A stretch of 62,223 nt of DNA. Source: an uncultured Bacteroidia bacterium. GTDB taxonomy: Bacteria > CAIWAD01 > BS150m-G50. The position numbers and the translations under genes are program-made. The DNA lies in NCBI GenBank assembly GCA_964517435.1, contig CAZFEC010000014.1:1-62223 (forward strand), written 5' to 3'. The notes below the pieces were generated by a model that saw nothing but the letters and a program-made list of their open reading frames with translations, was not told where the DNA came from and did not search any database. Positions 52,137 to 62,085 of this stretch are shown in pieces; within the stretch, counting starts at the first letter, position 1; each line of letters opens with the position of its first letter.

Positions 52137-53489
52137 TCAGGCTTCCTCATTGTCCCCGGCCGCGGCTTCAGCCACCGGCTGCTCGCTTTCTTCCTGGCGC
52201 AACTGCAGGATAAGACGTACTTCATCCTGGCTGAGGCCCAGGGTTTCGGCGATTTCGGCCGTACCCTTTTTCTTGTCCGCCAGCCGGTAGACCTCCTGGT
52301 CGCGCGCATAGCCGGTACTCTCCTCCGCGGGTGGAGCGGGGGGAGGCGGTTCCGGGGTATCCACCGCCGCCGGTGGCACCTCCGCTTCCGTTTCCGGCGC
52401 GGTCTCCGGCTGCTCAGCTGCGGAGGGGGCATCAGCTTCGGTTGCGGGGGAGGCTTTCGCTCCGGTTGCGGGAGTGGCTTCCGTCTCCTCCTCCGCATGC
52501 GCCTGCGCGAATCCGGCCAGGTGCGCGTGCTCCGACCAGCGGCGCCAGATCAGCCAGCCCACGCCGAACAGGACCGCTCCCGCCAGTAGTGAGAGCAGGA
52601 TGATCAGGCTCAAGTGTGTGGCGCGGCTGGGTCCGTCGGCAGTCCCGGCGGCGTCATCCCCCCGCGCTGCGAGGTCGGCTCGCTTCCCGCGCGTCCGTTG
52701 CCGGTCGCCTTCCTGTCCGGCGAGCAGACGGGTAACGGGGACCGTATAGCGGGACTGCATCAGCAACGGCTCCAGGTGCGACATTGCCAGCGACTCGATT
52801 CCGGCCGCCAGGTAGAGCGCGCCGAGCCGGTAATGCAGGGTGTCGTTGTCCGCATGCAGCGTCAACTCCTCCTCCAGGATACGGCAGGCGGTCAGTGGGT
52901 TGCCGGACGCTTCCAGGGTGGCCGCGATGGCCAGCAGTTGCTGCAGATCCTGCAGCGCGGCGGGTTCGGGTTCCGGCTTTTTACCCGCCACCGGTTGTGA
53001 TACATCCACCGGCTCGACCGTCTTGACCGGTTTCCGTACCGGTGGTGTCACGGCCTGTTCGGTACGGCTGACGGGCGGAGACACCGCGACTGTTTCCGCG
53101 CTGCGGTGAAGGAAATCGACGATGAAGCGGAAACCATTTCCCCCTCCCTGACGGAAGGCGTGTACTTCAAATACCTCGTTGACCGCGATCCGGTAGGTCA
53201 ACCGGTTCGGATAGATCTCCAGCAGGTTGATGCTGGTGACGAAGGGACTGGTCGGTTGCTGAAAGTGCTTGGCCAGCAGCTCCACCTCGCTGGTGAACCG
53301 CAGGTCGACATAACCCTCGTCCAGATGACGTTCGGTCGCTACCGGTGCCCTTTCGCTGAGATCGAAAACAATCCGGTAGTAGGTTTCATGCGGAGCGTGG
53401 CGGATGTCGACCAGACTGGGCACCGCCGCCGCGGATTGCAGCGCCAGCAGCAGGGCGATGGCCGGCGCTGTTACTCGCAGCCCGGACAT
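52137..53489 (-). CDS. Membrane protein: AMIN-like N-terminus, TPR-like helices, TM, acidic linker, C-terminal HTH-like segment
   Basis: Signal peptide, RIVFDL, TM segment, EIAETLGLSQDEVRLILQL; RBS AGAGGTG. Confidence 0.7.
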   Translation of the reverse strand: MSGLRVTAPAIALLLALQSAAAVPSLVDIRHAPHETYYRIVFDLSERAPVATERHLDEGYVDLRFTSEVELLAKHFQQPTSPFVTSINLLEIYPNRLTYRIAVNEVFEVHAFRQGGGNGFRFIVDFLHRSAETVAVSPPVSRTEQAVTPPVRKPVKTVEPVDVSQPVAGKKPEPEPAALQDLQQLLAIAATLEASGNPLTACRILEEELTLHADNDTLHYRLGALYLAAGIESLAMSHLEPLLMQSRYTVPVTRLLAGQEGDRQRTRGKRADLAARGDDAAGTADGPSRATHLSLIILLSLLAGAVLFGVGWLIWRRWSEHAHLAGFAQAHAEEETEATPATGAKASPATEADAPSAAEQPETAPETEAEVPPAAVDTPEPPPPAPPAEESTGYARDQEVYRLADKKKGTAEIAETLGLSQDEVRLILQLRQEESEQPVAEAAAGDNEEA

Positions 53490-53518
53490 GTAACACCTCT
53501 TCTGTTTTGATACCGGTC

Positions 53519-54745
53519 TCATTCCCCCTCCTTCTCCTGCGGCGGATCGGAGCGCAGATTGAGCATCCGCAGGTCGCCCAGGTACTGGACCGATTCTATT
53601 TCTTCAACCTTCTCGAATCTTTGTATCACGTCCTGAATCCGCTTGCTGTTGTCCATGATTGTCTGTACACGGTGGCGGTCCTTGTCGCTCAGCGGCGGTT
53701 CCGCTTCGTTGAGCAGCAGGTACAGCTGCCCCTGGATGGTGGTGAGCGGATTATTGACCTCGTGATTGACGGCGACGGCGGCTTCACTCAGGGCGCGGAA
53801 CTTCTCCTCGAAAATCGCCTTCTGCTGCAGGCGCCGGGTTTCGGTCATGTCGCGTGCCAGCAGCAGGGTTTGCCGGTGATGATGCGTCTCCGGCAGCGGC
53901 GCCACCGAAAGGTCGACCGGCAGCTCCTGCTCCACATCGTTCAGGAGCGTGACGCTCAGGCGTCCCGGCTCCCGGCTGGCCAGCAGTTCCTGCAACTGTT
54001 GCTGCTGCCCGGTGTCGGTCAGCAGCTCCAGGAATTCACGGCGCAGAAACGCATCCGGCCTGAATCCGAGCTGCTCCACGGCGGGATTGGCGAAGTCGAT
54101 CCTGAATTCGGAGTCGAGCACGATAATCGCATCCTGCGCATTGCTGATCAGGCTGTCCTGAAAATCGCGGGTGCGGCCGATTTCCTGGTAGAGCAGCGAA
54201 TTCTGCAGGGCGACGGCGGCCTGGTTGACCGTATAGAACAGGGTATCCAGCCTGGCCTGCGTGATTGTATCACGCGCCGCCGCCGTTGTGCAGATGAAAA
54301 AACCGATCCCGCGTCCTCCCACCGCGAGCGGCACCACCAGGTAGGAAGCGGTATCCTCGACTTCCGAACGCTGTTCCGGCGGCAGATCGATATCGGGCAC
54401 CAGCACCGCCCGTCGTTCGCTCTGCACCCAGTCGATGATGCCGTCGCTGATGAGGCCGGGAACCGCGGTGGCGAGCTTCCGTTCGGGGCTGCCGAAACAG
54501 ACCGGCTCCTCCCCCTCCGTCAGCAGGTAGACTGCGCAGGACTGGTATTCGACCAGACGGGCGACCACTGCGAAGAGAGCGGTGACCACGTTGTCCGGGT
54601 CCACCGCCGCCCGGATCGTCTCCGAGAGCTGCTGAATCTCCTTGAACTCGTTCAGCGACTCCCGCAACGCGTCACGGGTGCGGCAGGCGGCCTCCAGCTC
54701 TGCGCGCAGCTGCTCAGTCTCGGTGTTGTTTTCTGACTTGCTCAT
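53519..54745 (-). CDS. GAF + PAS + HisKA (DHp) protein lacking HATPase
   Basis: GAF, PAS (DAIIVLD...FANPA), VNHEVNNPL; start placed at MSKSENN. Confidence 0.85.
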   Translation of the reverse strand: MSKSENNTETEQLRAELEAACRTRDALRESLNEFKEIQQLSETIRAAVDPDNVVTALFAVVARLVEYQSCAVYLLTEGEEPVCFGSPERKLATAVPGLISDGIIDWVQSERRAVLVPDIDLPPEQRSEVEDTASYLVVPLAVGGRGIGFFICTTAAARDTITQARLDTLFYTVNQAAVALQNSLLYQEIGRTRDFQDSLISNAQDAIIVLDSEFRIDFANPAVEQLGFRPDAFLRREFLELLTDTGQQQQLQELLASREPGRLSVTLLNDVEQELPVDLSVAPLPETHHHRQTLLLARDMTETRRLQQKAIFEEKFRALSEAAVAVNHEVNNPLTTIQGQLYLLLNEAEPPLSDKDRHRVQTIMDNSKRIQDVIQRFEKVEEIESVQYLGDLRMLNLRSDPPQEKEGE

Positions 54746-54842
54746 AGTGCAAGATTCCGGTGCAGCGCAAACGGCCGCTGCCGGAGCAGAGGCCCGCGTG
54801 TTGTGTGTGATACAAACGGGATGTATCACGCTGCCATCTCGG

Positions 54843-55787
54843 CTAGATGCTTTCTCCCCAGGCCTGGTAATCGCCCACCGGCGTATCGCGGCCCTGGATG
54901 ATATTGCGGAAAGTCTCGGCACGATCGAATTCGGTTTTGAAGAGCTGGAGATAATGCTCGATATCGACATCGCCGTTGGCGGTGCGGCGCAGCTGCAGCA
55001 GGTTGGCCACCGGTTCGGCCACACCCCATGCCTTGCCTTCCTGCGCGTACTGCGGATGCAGGCGGCGCGTCAGGAAATCGGCGAAATAGGTGGTGGCGGT
55101 CAACAGCGAGATTTCCGTTTCCTCCAGCGGCTGGTGGTGATTCCGGATCGCCTCCACGATCTGCTCCGGCAGGTTCCAGCGCTGTGTAAGCAGACCGCCG
55201 ATCTCGGCGTGGCTGAGTCCCAGCACCTCTTTTTCCGCTTCCCAGAGCAGGAAGTTCCGTTCCCGCTGGAGGCGCTGGATCTCCTGGAACTCCTGCGGCA
55301 GGTAGCGGACGATGATCAGGCGGCCGATGTCATGCAGCAGGCCGGTGACGAAAGCCTCGCCCACCACGCGGTAGCTGCCGCTGCGACTGATCATGCGCGC
55401 GGCGATGGCGGTGCCGATCGAATGCTCCCAGAAACCGGTCATATCGAAATCGTTGATGCCGTGCGTGAAGCTGAAACGGTCCACCAGCGAAGAGCTGACA
55501 CCGAGATCCTTGACCGTGTTGAAACCCAGCACGACAATCGCCAGGTTGATGGTGCCGATCCGCCGCGGGAAGCCGTAGAAAGCGGAGTTAGCCAGCTTCA
55601 GCATGCGGGCTGTCAAACCGGGATCGGTGGAGATCAGGCGGGAGAGGGTGGCGGCGTTGGTCTTGGGGTTGTCCACCAGTTCGACGATTTTCGCCACTAC
55701 CAGCGGCAGCGAGGGGAGGTCGAGAATCCCATCGGCGATGGACTTGACTTTCTCCGCTTTGCTGGGCTGGCGTGGGGGGATCGGCAT
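54843..55787 (-). CDS. HDOD-domain protein
   Basis: LPSLP, DPGLTARMLKLANS, FWEHS, GLLHDIG, HAEIG, WNLP, HH. Confidence 0.93.
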   Translation of the reverse strand: MPIPPRQPSKAEKVKSIADGILDLPSLPLVVAKIVELVDNPKTNAATLSRLISTDPGLTARMLKLANSAFYGFPRRIGTINLAIVVLGFNTVKDLGVSSSLVDRFSFTHGINDFDMTGFWEHSIGTAIAARMISRSGSYRVVGEAFVTGLLHDIGRLIIVRYLPQEFQEIQRLQRERNFLLWEAEKEVLGLSHAEIGGLLTQRWNLPEQIVEAIRNHHQPLEETEISLLTATTYFADFLTRRLHPQYAQEGKAWGVAEPVANLLQLRRTANGDVDIEHYLQLFKTEFDRAETFRNIIQGRDTPVGDYQAWGESI

Positions 55788-55789
55788 AC

Positions 55790-56119
55790 TCAGGCTTTCA
55801 AATCAATAGTGTGATCCGCGTCGGCATCCTCTGATGGCGGCTTGACGGGCGTTTCCTCCGCGGCTTCCGCATCCGCTTCCGCCTCCGTCTCCGCTTCCGG
55901 GCGTTTCTTGATGAATTTCTTTTTCTTTTCCCCGTCCGGTTTGACCCGGTAGTCCTCCTGCGGCTCCTGTGCGGTCTGCGCCTGCCGCGCGGCCTTCTCC
56001 TGGTCGCCCTTCGCGCTGACCGCCTGCTGCTGCAGCGCCTGCTGACGCTGCGCTTCCGCCAACCGCTCGATCAGTTTGGTCTTGGAGAAGTTATCCTGCA
56101 GGTCGATGGAGCGTGTCAT
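55790..56119 (-). CDS. Hypothetical protein in the flagellar cluster
   Basis: Q/E/K-rich, ends HTIDLKA; RBS GGTGG. Confidence 0.65.
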   Translation of the reverse strand: MTRSIDLQDNFSKTKLIERLAEAQRQQALQQQAVSAKGDQEKAARQAQTAQEPQEDYRVKPDGEKKKKFIKKRPEAETEAEADAEAAEETPVKPPSEDADADHTIDLKA

Positions 56120-56177
56120 CTGTTCACCACCGGTTTGCCATCTTGACCCGGGCGGCAACTCCTGTCACGCGCTGGGG

Positions 56178-56939
56178 TCAGACTTTTATCAAGTGACGGA
56201 TCTTGTTCTTCAGGTTGATGATGATCTTGGTGTGTATCTGGGAAACGCGGGATTCACTGATATCCAGAACCTGACCGATCTCTTTCAGAGTGAGCTCCTC
56301 GTAGTAGTAGAGCGCCATCACCAGCTTCTCCTGCTCCGGCAGCGAGTTGATGAGCTTGACCATCAGCGTCTTGATTTCCTTGCGCTCCATGATATCGAGC
56401 GGGCTGTCGTTATACTGGTTTTCGACGACGTCATACAGGTTGGATGCCTGCCCTTCATCGGTGGTGAAGGGGCGGTCGAAGGAGAGCAGCGATGTGGCGG
56501 AAACCTCGTCCAGCAACTTGTGATACTCGGTGAGCGACAGATTCAGCCTTTCGGAAAGCTCATCGTCGGTGGGTACCCGCTTCAACTCCGCTTCCAGCGT
56601 CAACATCGCCTTGCTCAGCATCCGCTCCTTGGCCCGGATGGAGCGGGGGACCCAGTCGAAGTCGCGCAATCCGTCCAGGATCGCGCCGCGGATGCGTGGC
56701 ACCGCGTAGGTTTCGAATTTGAATCCCAGATCGGGATTGTAATGCTCCACCGAATTGATCAGCCCCATGGTGCCGGCGCCGATCAGGTCGTCCAACGTCA
56801 CGGAGTTGGGCAGGGATATCTTCATGCGGCTGGCGATCAGTCTCACCAGCGGCAGGTATTCGACCAGCAGTTTCTCCTTCAGGGCCGGATCATGAGTAGT
56901 CTGATACTCGGCCCAGACCTCTTTCATGTCGGTAGGCAT
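56178..56939 (-). CDS. fliA: Flagellar sigma factor FliA/WhiG (sigma-28)
   Basis: KFETYAVPRIRGAILDGLR, DWVPRS, LYYYEELTLKEIG, SESRVSQIH. Confidence 0.95.
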   Translation of the reverse strand: MPTDMKEVWAEYQTTHDPALKEKLLVEYLPLVRLIASRMKISLPNSVTLDDLIGAGTMGLINSVEHYNPDLGFKFETYAVPRIRGAILDGLRDFDWVPRSIRAKERMLSKAMLTLEAELKRVPTDDELSERLNLSLTEYHKLLDEVSATSLLSFDRPFTTDEGQASNLYDVVENQYNDSPLDIMERKEIKTLMVKLINSLPEQEKLVMALYYYEELTLKEIGQVLDISESRVSQIHTKIIINLKNKIRHLIKV

Positions 56940-56942
56940 GGT

Positions 56943-57227
56943 CTATTCCTTTTCTGCTTCGACGAGAGGGAGAGCACTAGGGGCGGCTTCCGGGGCAGGC
57001 GTAGACACCTGCTGCGCGCGTGCCGCTTTCCGGACGGCTTCCTGTCTCTTCTCCAACTGCCAGTAATTATAAACAACACTCAAAATAGAAACCACTAAAG
57101 TGTAGGCGGCCCAGACTACCAGCGCCCGGACGAAGATGGTCAGGAGCGAAAAATCGGCCAGCACCCCCATCAGGATCACTACCAGCACCAGGAACTTGCC
57201 TATCTGCTTGACCAAGGGTCCGTTCAT
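56943..57227 (-). CDS. Small two-TM hypothetical protein
   Basis: Two hydrophobic segments; lies between flhF and fliA. Confidence 0.7.
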   Translation of the reverse strand: MNGPLVKQIGKFLVLVVILMGVLADFSLLTIFVRALVVWAAYTLVVSILSVVYNYWQLEKRQEAVRKAARAQQVSTPAPEAAPSALPLVEAEKE

Positions 57228-57267
57228 CTTTGCCTTCTCACTGTTTTATAGCTGTCCGGCCTGCCCG

Positions 57268-58401
57268 TCAGCGCTCCACCTTGAAGCCCCGCTTGTCCAG
57301 GAGCCATTCCGCAATCCGCAGCGGGTGGACGCTGTCGATGTTCTCCGGAATGGACTGGCCGTTGCCGAGGAAGCTGAATACCGGTTTCACCTCGCAGGCC
57401 AGGTTGAGCAGATTCCCCAGGGTGGCCGTCTCATCCAGCTTGGTCAGGAGGATGCGGTTGAAATTAACCTGCCGGTACTCCTGCACCATCCGGCGCAGGT
57501 CGGAATACTTGGTGGAAAGCGGCAGCACCAGATGGGTTTCCATCGGCGCCGACAGCTCCAGCATTCCCTCCAGCTGCCGCATCCTGCTCGTCGACCGCCA
57601 GGATACACCCGGCGTGTCGATCAGGATCACTTCGCAGTTCTGCAGCTGGCGCAGGGCCGGTTTGATCTCCCGTTCCCGGTAGACCAGCTTTAACTCCGCC
57701 TTGACGATGCCGGCGAACGTCCGCAGCTGCTCGGTGGCGGCTATCTTGGTAGTGTCCAGACTGAGGATGCCGAGACGGCGACCGCCGAAGAAATCGCGAT
57801 TGGCGGCCAGCTTGATCAGACTCACCGTTTTGCCGGCGCCGGTAGGTCCGATGAAAGCCAGCTTGACCGGCGTGCCCTGCGGTGCGGAAGGCGTGCCGGC
57901 CGCCTTGAAACGCCGGGCGATCCAGCCGGCGCCGCGGTCCCGCATCAGGCGTCGCGATCGTAGTTCGCGCGGGGCGGCGTTCAGTTGCAGATCCGCGAGC
58001 AGATCCTGTATCACATCACCGCTCACTTCCTCCTGCCGCAGTTGCCGGGCGATATCGTTCAGCGCCGGCCAGGCAGTGCCCGGACCGGAACCGCTCATCT
58101 GCTGGTTCAAGCCCTGGATGGAGCGCGACAGCTTCTGCATTTCGTCCTGCAGCTGCGCGCCGCCCGATCCGGCGATCGCCGCGCCTCCCGGCGCTCCGGC
58201 GGTGAACACCCCCTCCGGCAGGTTGAGCCCGCCGCCGCTCTCCGCTTCGCCGACGATCACTTCGTAGCTCCAGCCGTACTCCGGTCCGGCGGGATGGCTC
58301 TGGCGTCCCGATTTGATGATGACTGCCTCATCGCCGTAGTCCCGCTTGATGCGTTTCATGATGTCGCGGTAATCGGTGCCGGTGTAGGATTTCATCTCCA
58401 T
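57268..58401 (-). CDS. flhF: Flagellar SRP-type GTPase FlhF
   Basis: GPTGAGKT, AATEQL, IDTPG, TKLDE, GQSIPE; follows flhA. Confidence 0.88.
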   Translation of the reverse strand: MEMKSYTGTDYRDIMKRIKRDYGDEAVIIKSGRQSHPAGPEYGWSYEVIVGEAESGGGLNLPEGVFTAGAPGGAAIAGSGGAQLQDEMQKLSRSIQGLNQQMSGSGPGTAWPALNDIARQLRQEEVSGDVIQDLLADLQLNAAPRELRSRRLMRDRGAGWIARRFKAAGTPSAPQGTPVKLAFIGPTGAGKTVSLIKLAANRDFFGGRRLGILSLDTTKIAATEQLRTFAGIVKAELKLVYREREIKPALRQLQNCEVILIDTPGVSWRSTSRMRQLEGMLELSAPMETHLVLPLSTKYSDLRRMVQEYRQVNFNRILLTKLDETATLGNLLNLACEVKPVFSFLGNGQSIPENIDSVHPLRIAEWLLDKRGFKVER

Positions 58402-58461
58402 CTCTTACTCCAGGTCGCGGGCCGGAACGTCGCCCGCCCACGCCGCGTTGTGTGCTTCCTC

Positions 58462-60606
58462 TTACGGGTTGAGCACGGTTGTGTCCTGGCCGCTCTCGCC
58501 GCCGGCCAGGCTCTCGACGGTTTCCTCGCCGCCGGTGATACTCCTGTGCGTCACCACGCCGATCGACTCAACCTCGACGGTCGGTACCAGCTCGCTGTAG
58601 GAGACCAGGCTGATGTCCGGCATGGTGCTTTCCAGCAGCTTCCGCAGGTAAGGTCGCACGGTCGGCGCGGTCAGCAGTACACTCCGTTTCCCCTGCGTCG
58701 AGAGCTGCTCGGCGAAGTCCCGGACCTGTTTGACGATAGCGGCGAACATCTCCGGCGTCAGGCTGAGTTCACGTCCCTGGGCGGTCTGTTCCAGCTCGCG
58801 GCTGAACATCTCCTCCAGGACCGGATCCAGCGTCATGCAGTAGATCCGGCCGTCCTCGTGCTGGTAGAGCCGGGTGATCGTCTGGTTCAGTGAGAAGCGG
58901 GCGTATTCGGTCAGGATCTCCACATCTTTGGTGGAGGGCGCGTAGTCGGTAAGCGTCTCCAGGATCGTCGTCAGATCGCGGATGGGCACACTTTCCTTCA
59001 ACAGCCGCTGCAGCACTTTATGTATCACGGCCAGGCTGAGCAGGTTGGGGTAGAGCTCCTCGATCAGGGCCGGGTTATCCTTCTTGATGTTCTCGATCAG
59101 GTTCATGGCGTCCTGCCGGCCGACGATGCGCCAGGAATTCTTTTGTATCACGTCGACCAGGTGCGTCGCCAGTACCGCCGGCGATTCGATGACGGCGTAA
59201 CCCAGCAGCTCGGCCCGCTCCCGGCTCTCTTCCCGGATCCAGGTGGCCGGCATGCCGAAGGTCGGTTCCGTCGTTTTGAATCCCTCGATCTCCTCGCCCG
59301 CTTCCCCCGCGTTGAGCGCCAGGTAGTACCCGACCTTGATTTCGCCCCGCGCCACTTCGATGCCGCGGATCTTGATCGTGTACTCCTCCGGTTTCAGCTG
59401 AATGTTGTCGCGGATGCGGATCGGCGGGATGATGATGCCGAGATCCAGCGCCTGTTGTTTACGGATCAGCGTGATACGGTTTAGCAGATCGCCGTTCTGT
59501 TCCACATCCACCAGGGGGATGAGACCGTAGCCGATCTCGATCTCCATCGGATCGACATAGAGAAAGTCTTCGATCTTGCCTTCACTCACTTCTTCCTCCT
59601 GCGGCTGTTCCGGCGCTTCCTCCGGCACCTCGCGGCCGCGGCGCAGGCTGAACGCCACGACGCCGACCGTGAGCGAAAGGATCAGGAAGGGAATCGTCGG
59701 CAGTCCCGGCACCAAGGCGAAGAACAGCAGCACCGCCGCCACAATGAAGAGCGGGCGGACGCGGCTGAGCAGCTGCGAGGTGATGTCGAAACCGAAATTG
59801 TTCTGCGCCCCGGCCCGGGTCACGATGATACCGGCCGAGGTGGAGACGATCAAGGCCGGGATCTGGTTGACCAGACCGTCGCCTACGGTCAGCAGGGTAT
59901 AGTTGGAGATCGCTTCGTTGAAGGTCATCTTCAGCTGCAGCATGCCGATAGCGAAACCGCCCAGGATGTTGATCGCCGTAATGATCAGGCTGGCGATGGC
60001 GTCACCCCGTACGAACTTGGAAGCGCCGTCCATCGCACCGTAGAAATCCGCTTCCCGACTGATCTTCTCACGCCGCTGTCGCGCCTCCTGTTCGTCGATG
60101 ATGCCGTTGTTGAGGTCGGCATCGATCGCCATCTGCTTACCCGGCATCGCATCGAGTGTGAAGCGCGCCGCCACTTCCGCCACCCGGCCGGCACCCTTGG
60201 TGATCACGATGAAGTTGATCAGCACCAGGATCAGGAAGACGATGAAACCAACGATGTAGTTGCCCTTGACCACGAAACCGCCGAACGCCGAAATCACCTG
60301 CCCCGCGTAGCCGTCGCCCAGGATCAGACGCGTGGAGGCTACGTTCAGAGCCAGCCGGAACAGCGTGATCATCAGCAGCATACCGGGGAAGATGGAGAAC
60401 TCCAGCGGCTCGGTGTTGTAGATCGCCACCAGCAGTACGGTCAGACCGATGGCGATGTTAAAGGCCAGCAGTACATCCAGCAGCGCCGGGGCCAGCGGGA
60501 TGACCATCATCACCAGAATCCCGACCACTCCGATCGAGATCAGCACATCGCTGCGGCGGGCCAGGGTGGAAAAGGTGCTGTTGCGGAGGGTGATGCGATC
60601 GTCCAT
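58462..60606 (-). CDS. flhA: Flagellar export protein FlhA
   Basis: RLALNVASTRLIL, RVAEVAARFTLDAMPGKQM, GAMDGASKFVRGD. Confidence 0.97.
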   Translation of the reverse strand: MDDRITLRNSTFSTLARRSDVLISIGVVGILVMMVIPLAPALLDVLLAFNIAIGLTVLLVAIYNTEPLEFSIFPGMLLMITLFRLALNVASTRLILGDGYAGQVISAFGGFVVKGNYIVGFIVFLILVLINFIVITKGAGRVAEVAARFTLDAMPGKQMAIDADLNNGIIDEQEARQRREKISREADFYGAMDGASKFVRGDAIASLIITAINILGGFAIGMLQLKMTFNEAISNYTLLTVGDGLVNQIPALIVSTSAGIIVTRAGAQNNFGFDITSQLLSRVRPLFIVAAVLLFFALVPGLPTIPFLILSLTVGVVAFSLRRGREVPEEAPEQPQEEEVSEGKIEDFLYVDPMEIEIGYGLIPLVDVEQNGDLLNRITLIRKQQALDLGIIIPPIRIRDNIQLKPEEYTIKIRGIEVARGEIKVGYYLALNAGEAGEEIEGFKTTEPTFGMPATWIREESRERAELLGYAVIESPAVLATHLVDVIQKNSWRIVGRQDAMNLIENIKKDNPALIEELYPNLLSLAVIHKVLQRLLKESVPIRDLTTILETLTDYAPSTKDVEILTEYARFSLNQTITRLYQHEDGRIYCMTLDPVLEEMFSRELEQTAQGRELSLTPEMFAAIVKQVRDFAEQLSTQGKRSVLLTAPTVRPYLRKLLESTMPDISLVSYSELVPTVEVESIGVVTHRSITGGEETVESLAGGESGQDTTVLNP

Positions 60607-60608
60607 GT

Positions 60609-61682
60609 TCAGATAGTTACGCCTTTGTTTTGGTAAACGAGGGCCAGCACTTCGGCGATGGCCTGGTAGAATTCAATCGGCACTTCCATCCCGACCTCCA
60701 CGACCGGGTACATCGAACGGGTCAGCGGCGGATTCTCGATCACCGGCACCTCGTGCTGCCGGGCAATCTCCCGGATCCGTTCCGCCACTTTGCGCGCGCC
60801 CTTGGCCAGCACCAGCGGCGCCCGCATCTCCTGGTGGTCATAGCGCATGGCGATGGCGTAGCTGGTGGGATTGGTGATGACCACATCGGCCTCCGGTACG
60901 TCGTTCAGCATGCGGCGGAAGGCCAGCTCGAACTGGAGCGAGCGGATACGCGATTTGAGCAGCGGATCCCCCTCCGTCTGTTTGCGTTCGTCCTTCACCT
61001 CCTGTTTAGTCATCCGCAGCTTGCGGGCGTGGTCCCATTTCTGAAACCACCAGTCGAAAGCGGCGATGACGGTCAGGAACAACGCCGTCCAGATGATCAG
61101 GTTGCGGGTGCTGGCCGCCACCGCGGCCAGTATGCCGGCGATCGACTGATCACCCAGCCTGAAAAAACCATCCAGCTCCGCCTTCACCACCAGCCAGGCG
61201 ACGAAACCGACCACCAGGATCTTGATGAAGTTCTTGATCAGTTCGTTCAGCGAGCGGGGGGAGAAAATGTTCTTCAACCCCTTGACCGGATTGATCTTGT
61301 CGAAATCGGGCCGAATCGATTCGGCCGAAGCCAGGAAACCGACCTGCGCCAGATTCGCCGCCAGACCGATCACCAGCACCAGCAGCATGAAGGGGAGCAC
61401 CGCCCTGCCGGTTATGGAGGCGCTGAAACCGCCGATCTCCGACAGCCGGTCCACCTCCACTCCCCAGCTGGAAGCGTGGGTGTAGATGTAGCGGGTGCCG
61501 TCCAGCACGGTCTGCAGGGTGTAGTTACCCAGCATCAGCAGCGCCAGCAATCCGCCCAGGATGACGGCGGCGGAGTTGATCTCCATGCTGCGCGCCACGT
61601 TACCCTTCTTGCGGGCGTCTTCACGCCGCTTCGGGGTTGCCGGTTCGGTTCGATCCTGGAAAGAGGTTTGCTCGTCAGCCAT
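60609..61682 (-). CDS. flhB: Flagellar export protein FlhB
   Basis: RTEPATPKR, KQEVKDERKQTEGDP, NPTS cleavage site, APLVLAKG. Confidence 0.95.
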   Translation of the reverse strand: MADEQTSFQDRTEPATPKRREDARKKGNVARSMEINSAAVILGGLLALLMLGNYTLQTVLDGTRYIYTHASSWGVEVDRLSEIGGFSASITGRAVLPFMLLVLVIGLAANLAQVGFLASAESIRPDFDKINPVKGLKNIFSPRSLNELIKNFIKILVVGFVAWLVVKAELDGFFRLGDQSIAGILAAVAASTRNLIIWTALFLTVIAAFDWWFQKWDHARKLRMTKQEVKDERKQTEGDPLLKSRIRSLQFELAFRRMLNDVPEADVVITNPTSYAIAMRYDHQEMRAPLVLAKGARKVAERIREIARQHEVPVIENPPLTRSMYPVVEVGMEVPIEFYQAIAEVLALVYQNKGVTI

Positions 61683-62085
61683 CCGGAAAAAGCTGCCCTT
61701 CTGCTAGTGTTCATCAGCAGACAGGCAAAATTCATTCCATTTGAGGCCAACCGGCTGGACATACTGCCGGCGTGGGAGCCGTCCGTCCGGCGTAGCCCAT
61801 AAAGTGATGATATATCAAGAAGTTGAAGGAGATCGGAACCGGTAGAAAAACCGCGCCGTTCAGGTACCGGGGGCGAAGAACTCCGGAAGTTCGCGACTCA
61901 AAGGGTTGGGGAGCTGATAAGAATTGCCGGGCGGGGAAGGAGGGGTGATAGATGCGAACGATGGAAGATAGACAGAATTACCATGAAGAACATTCGGAAA
62001 AGCTCTACATTGCTGACAGCAGGCTACACATAGAAATTGATCCGACAGGTTTCAAAGACGTACAGTAAACCACGCTTCTCTAGAA

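Noticed and set aside
54261-54273. matS-like 13-bp palindrome GTGAT-TGT-ATCAC
   Set aside because: Only this copy extends to such a palindrome; the other motif copies do not
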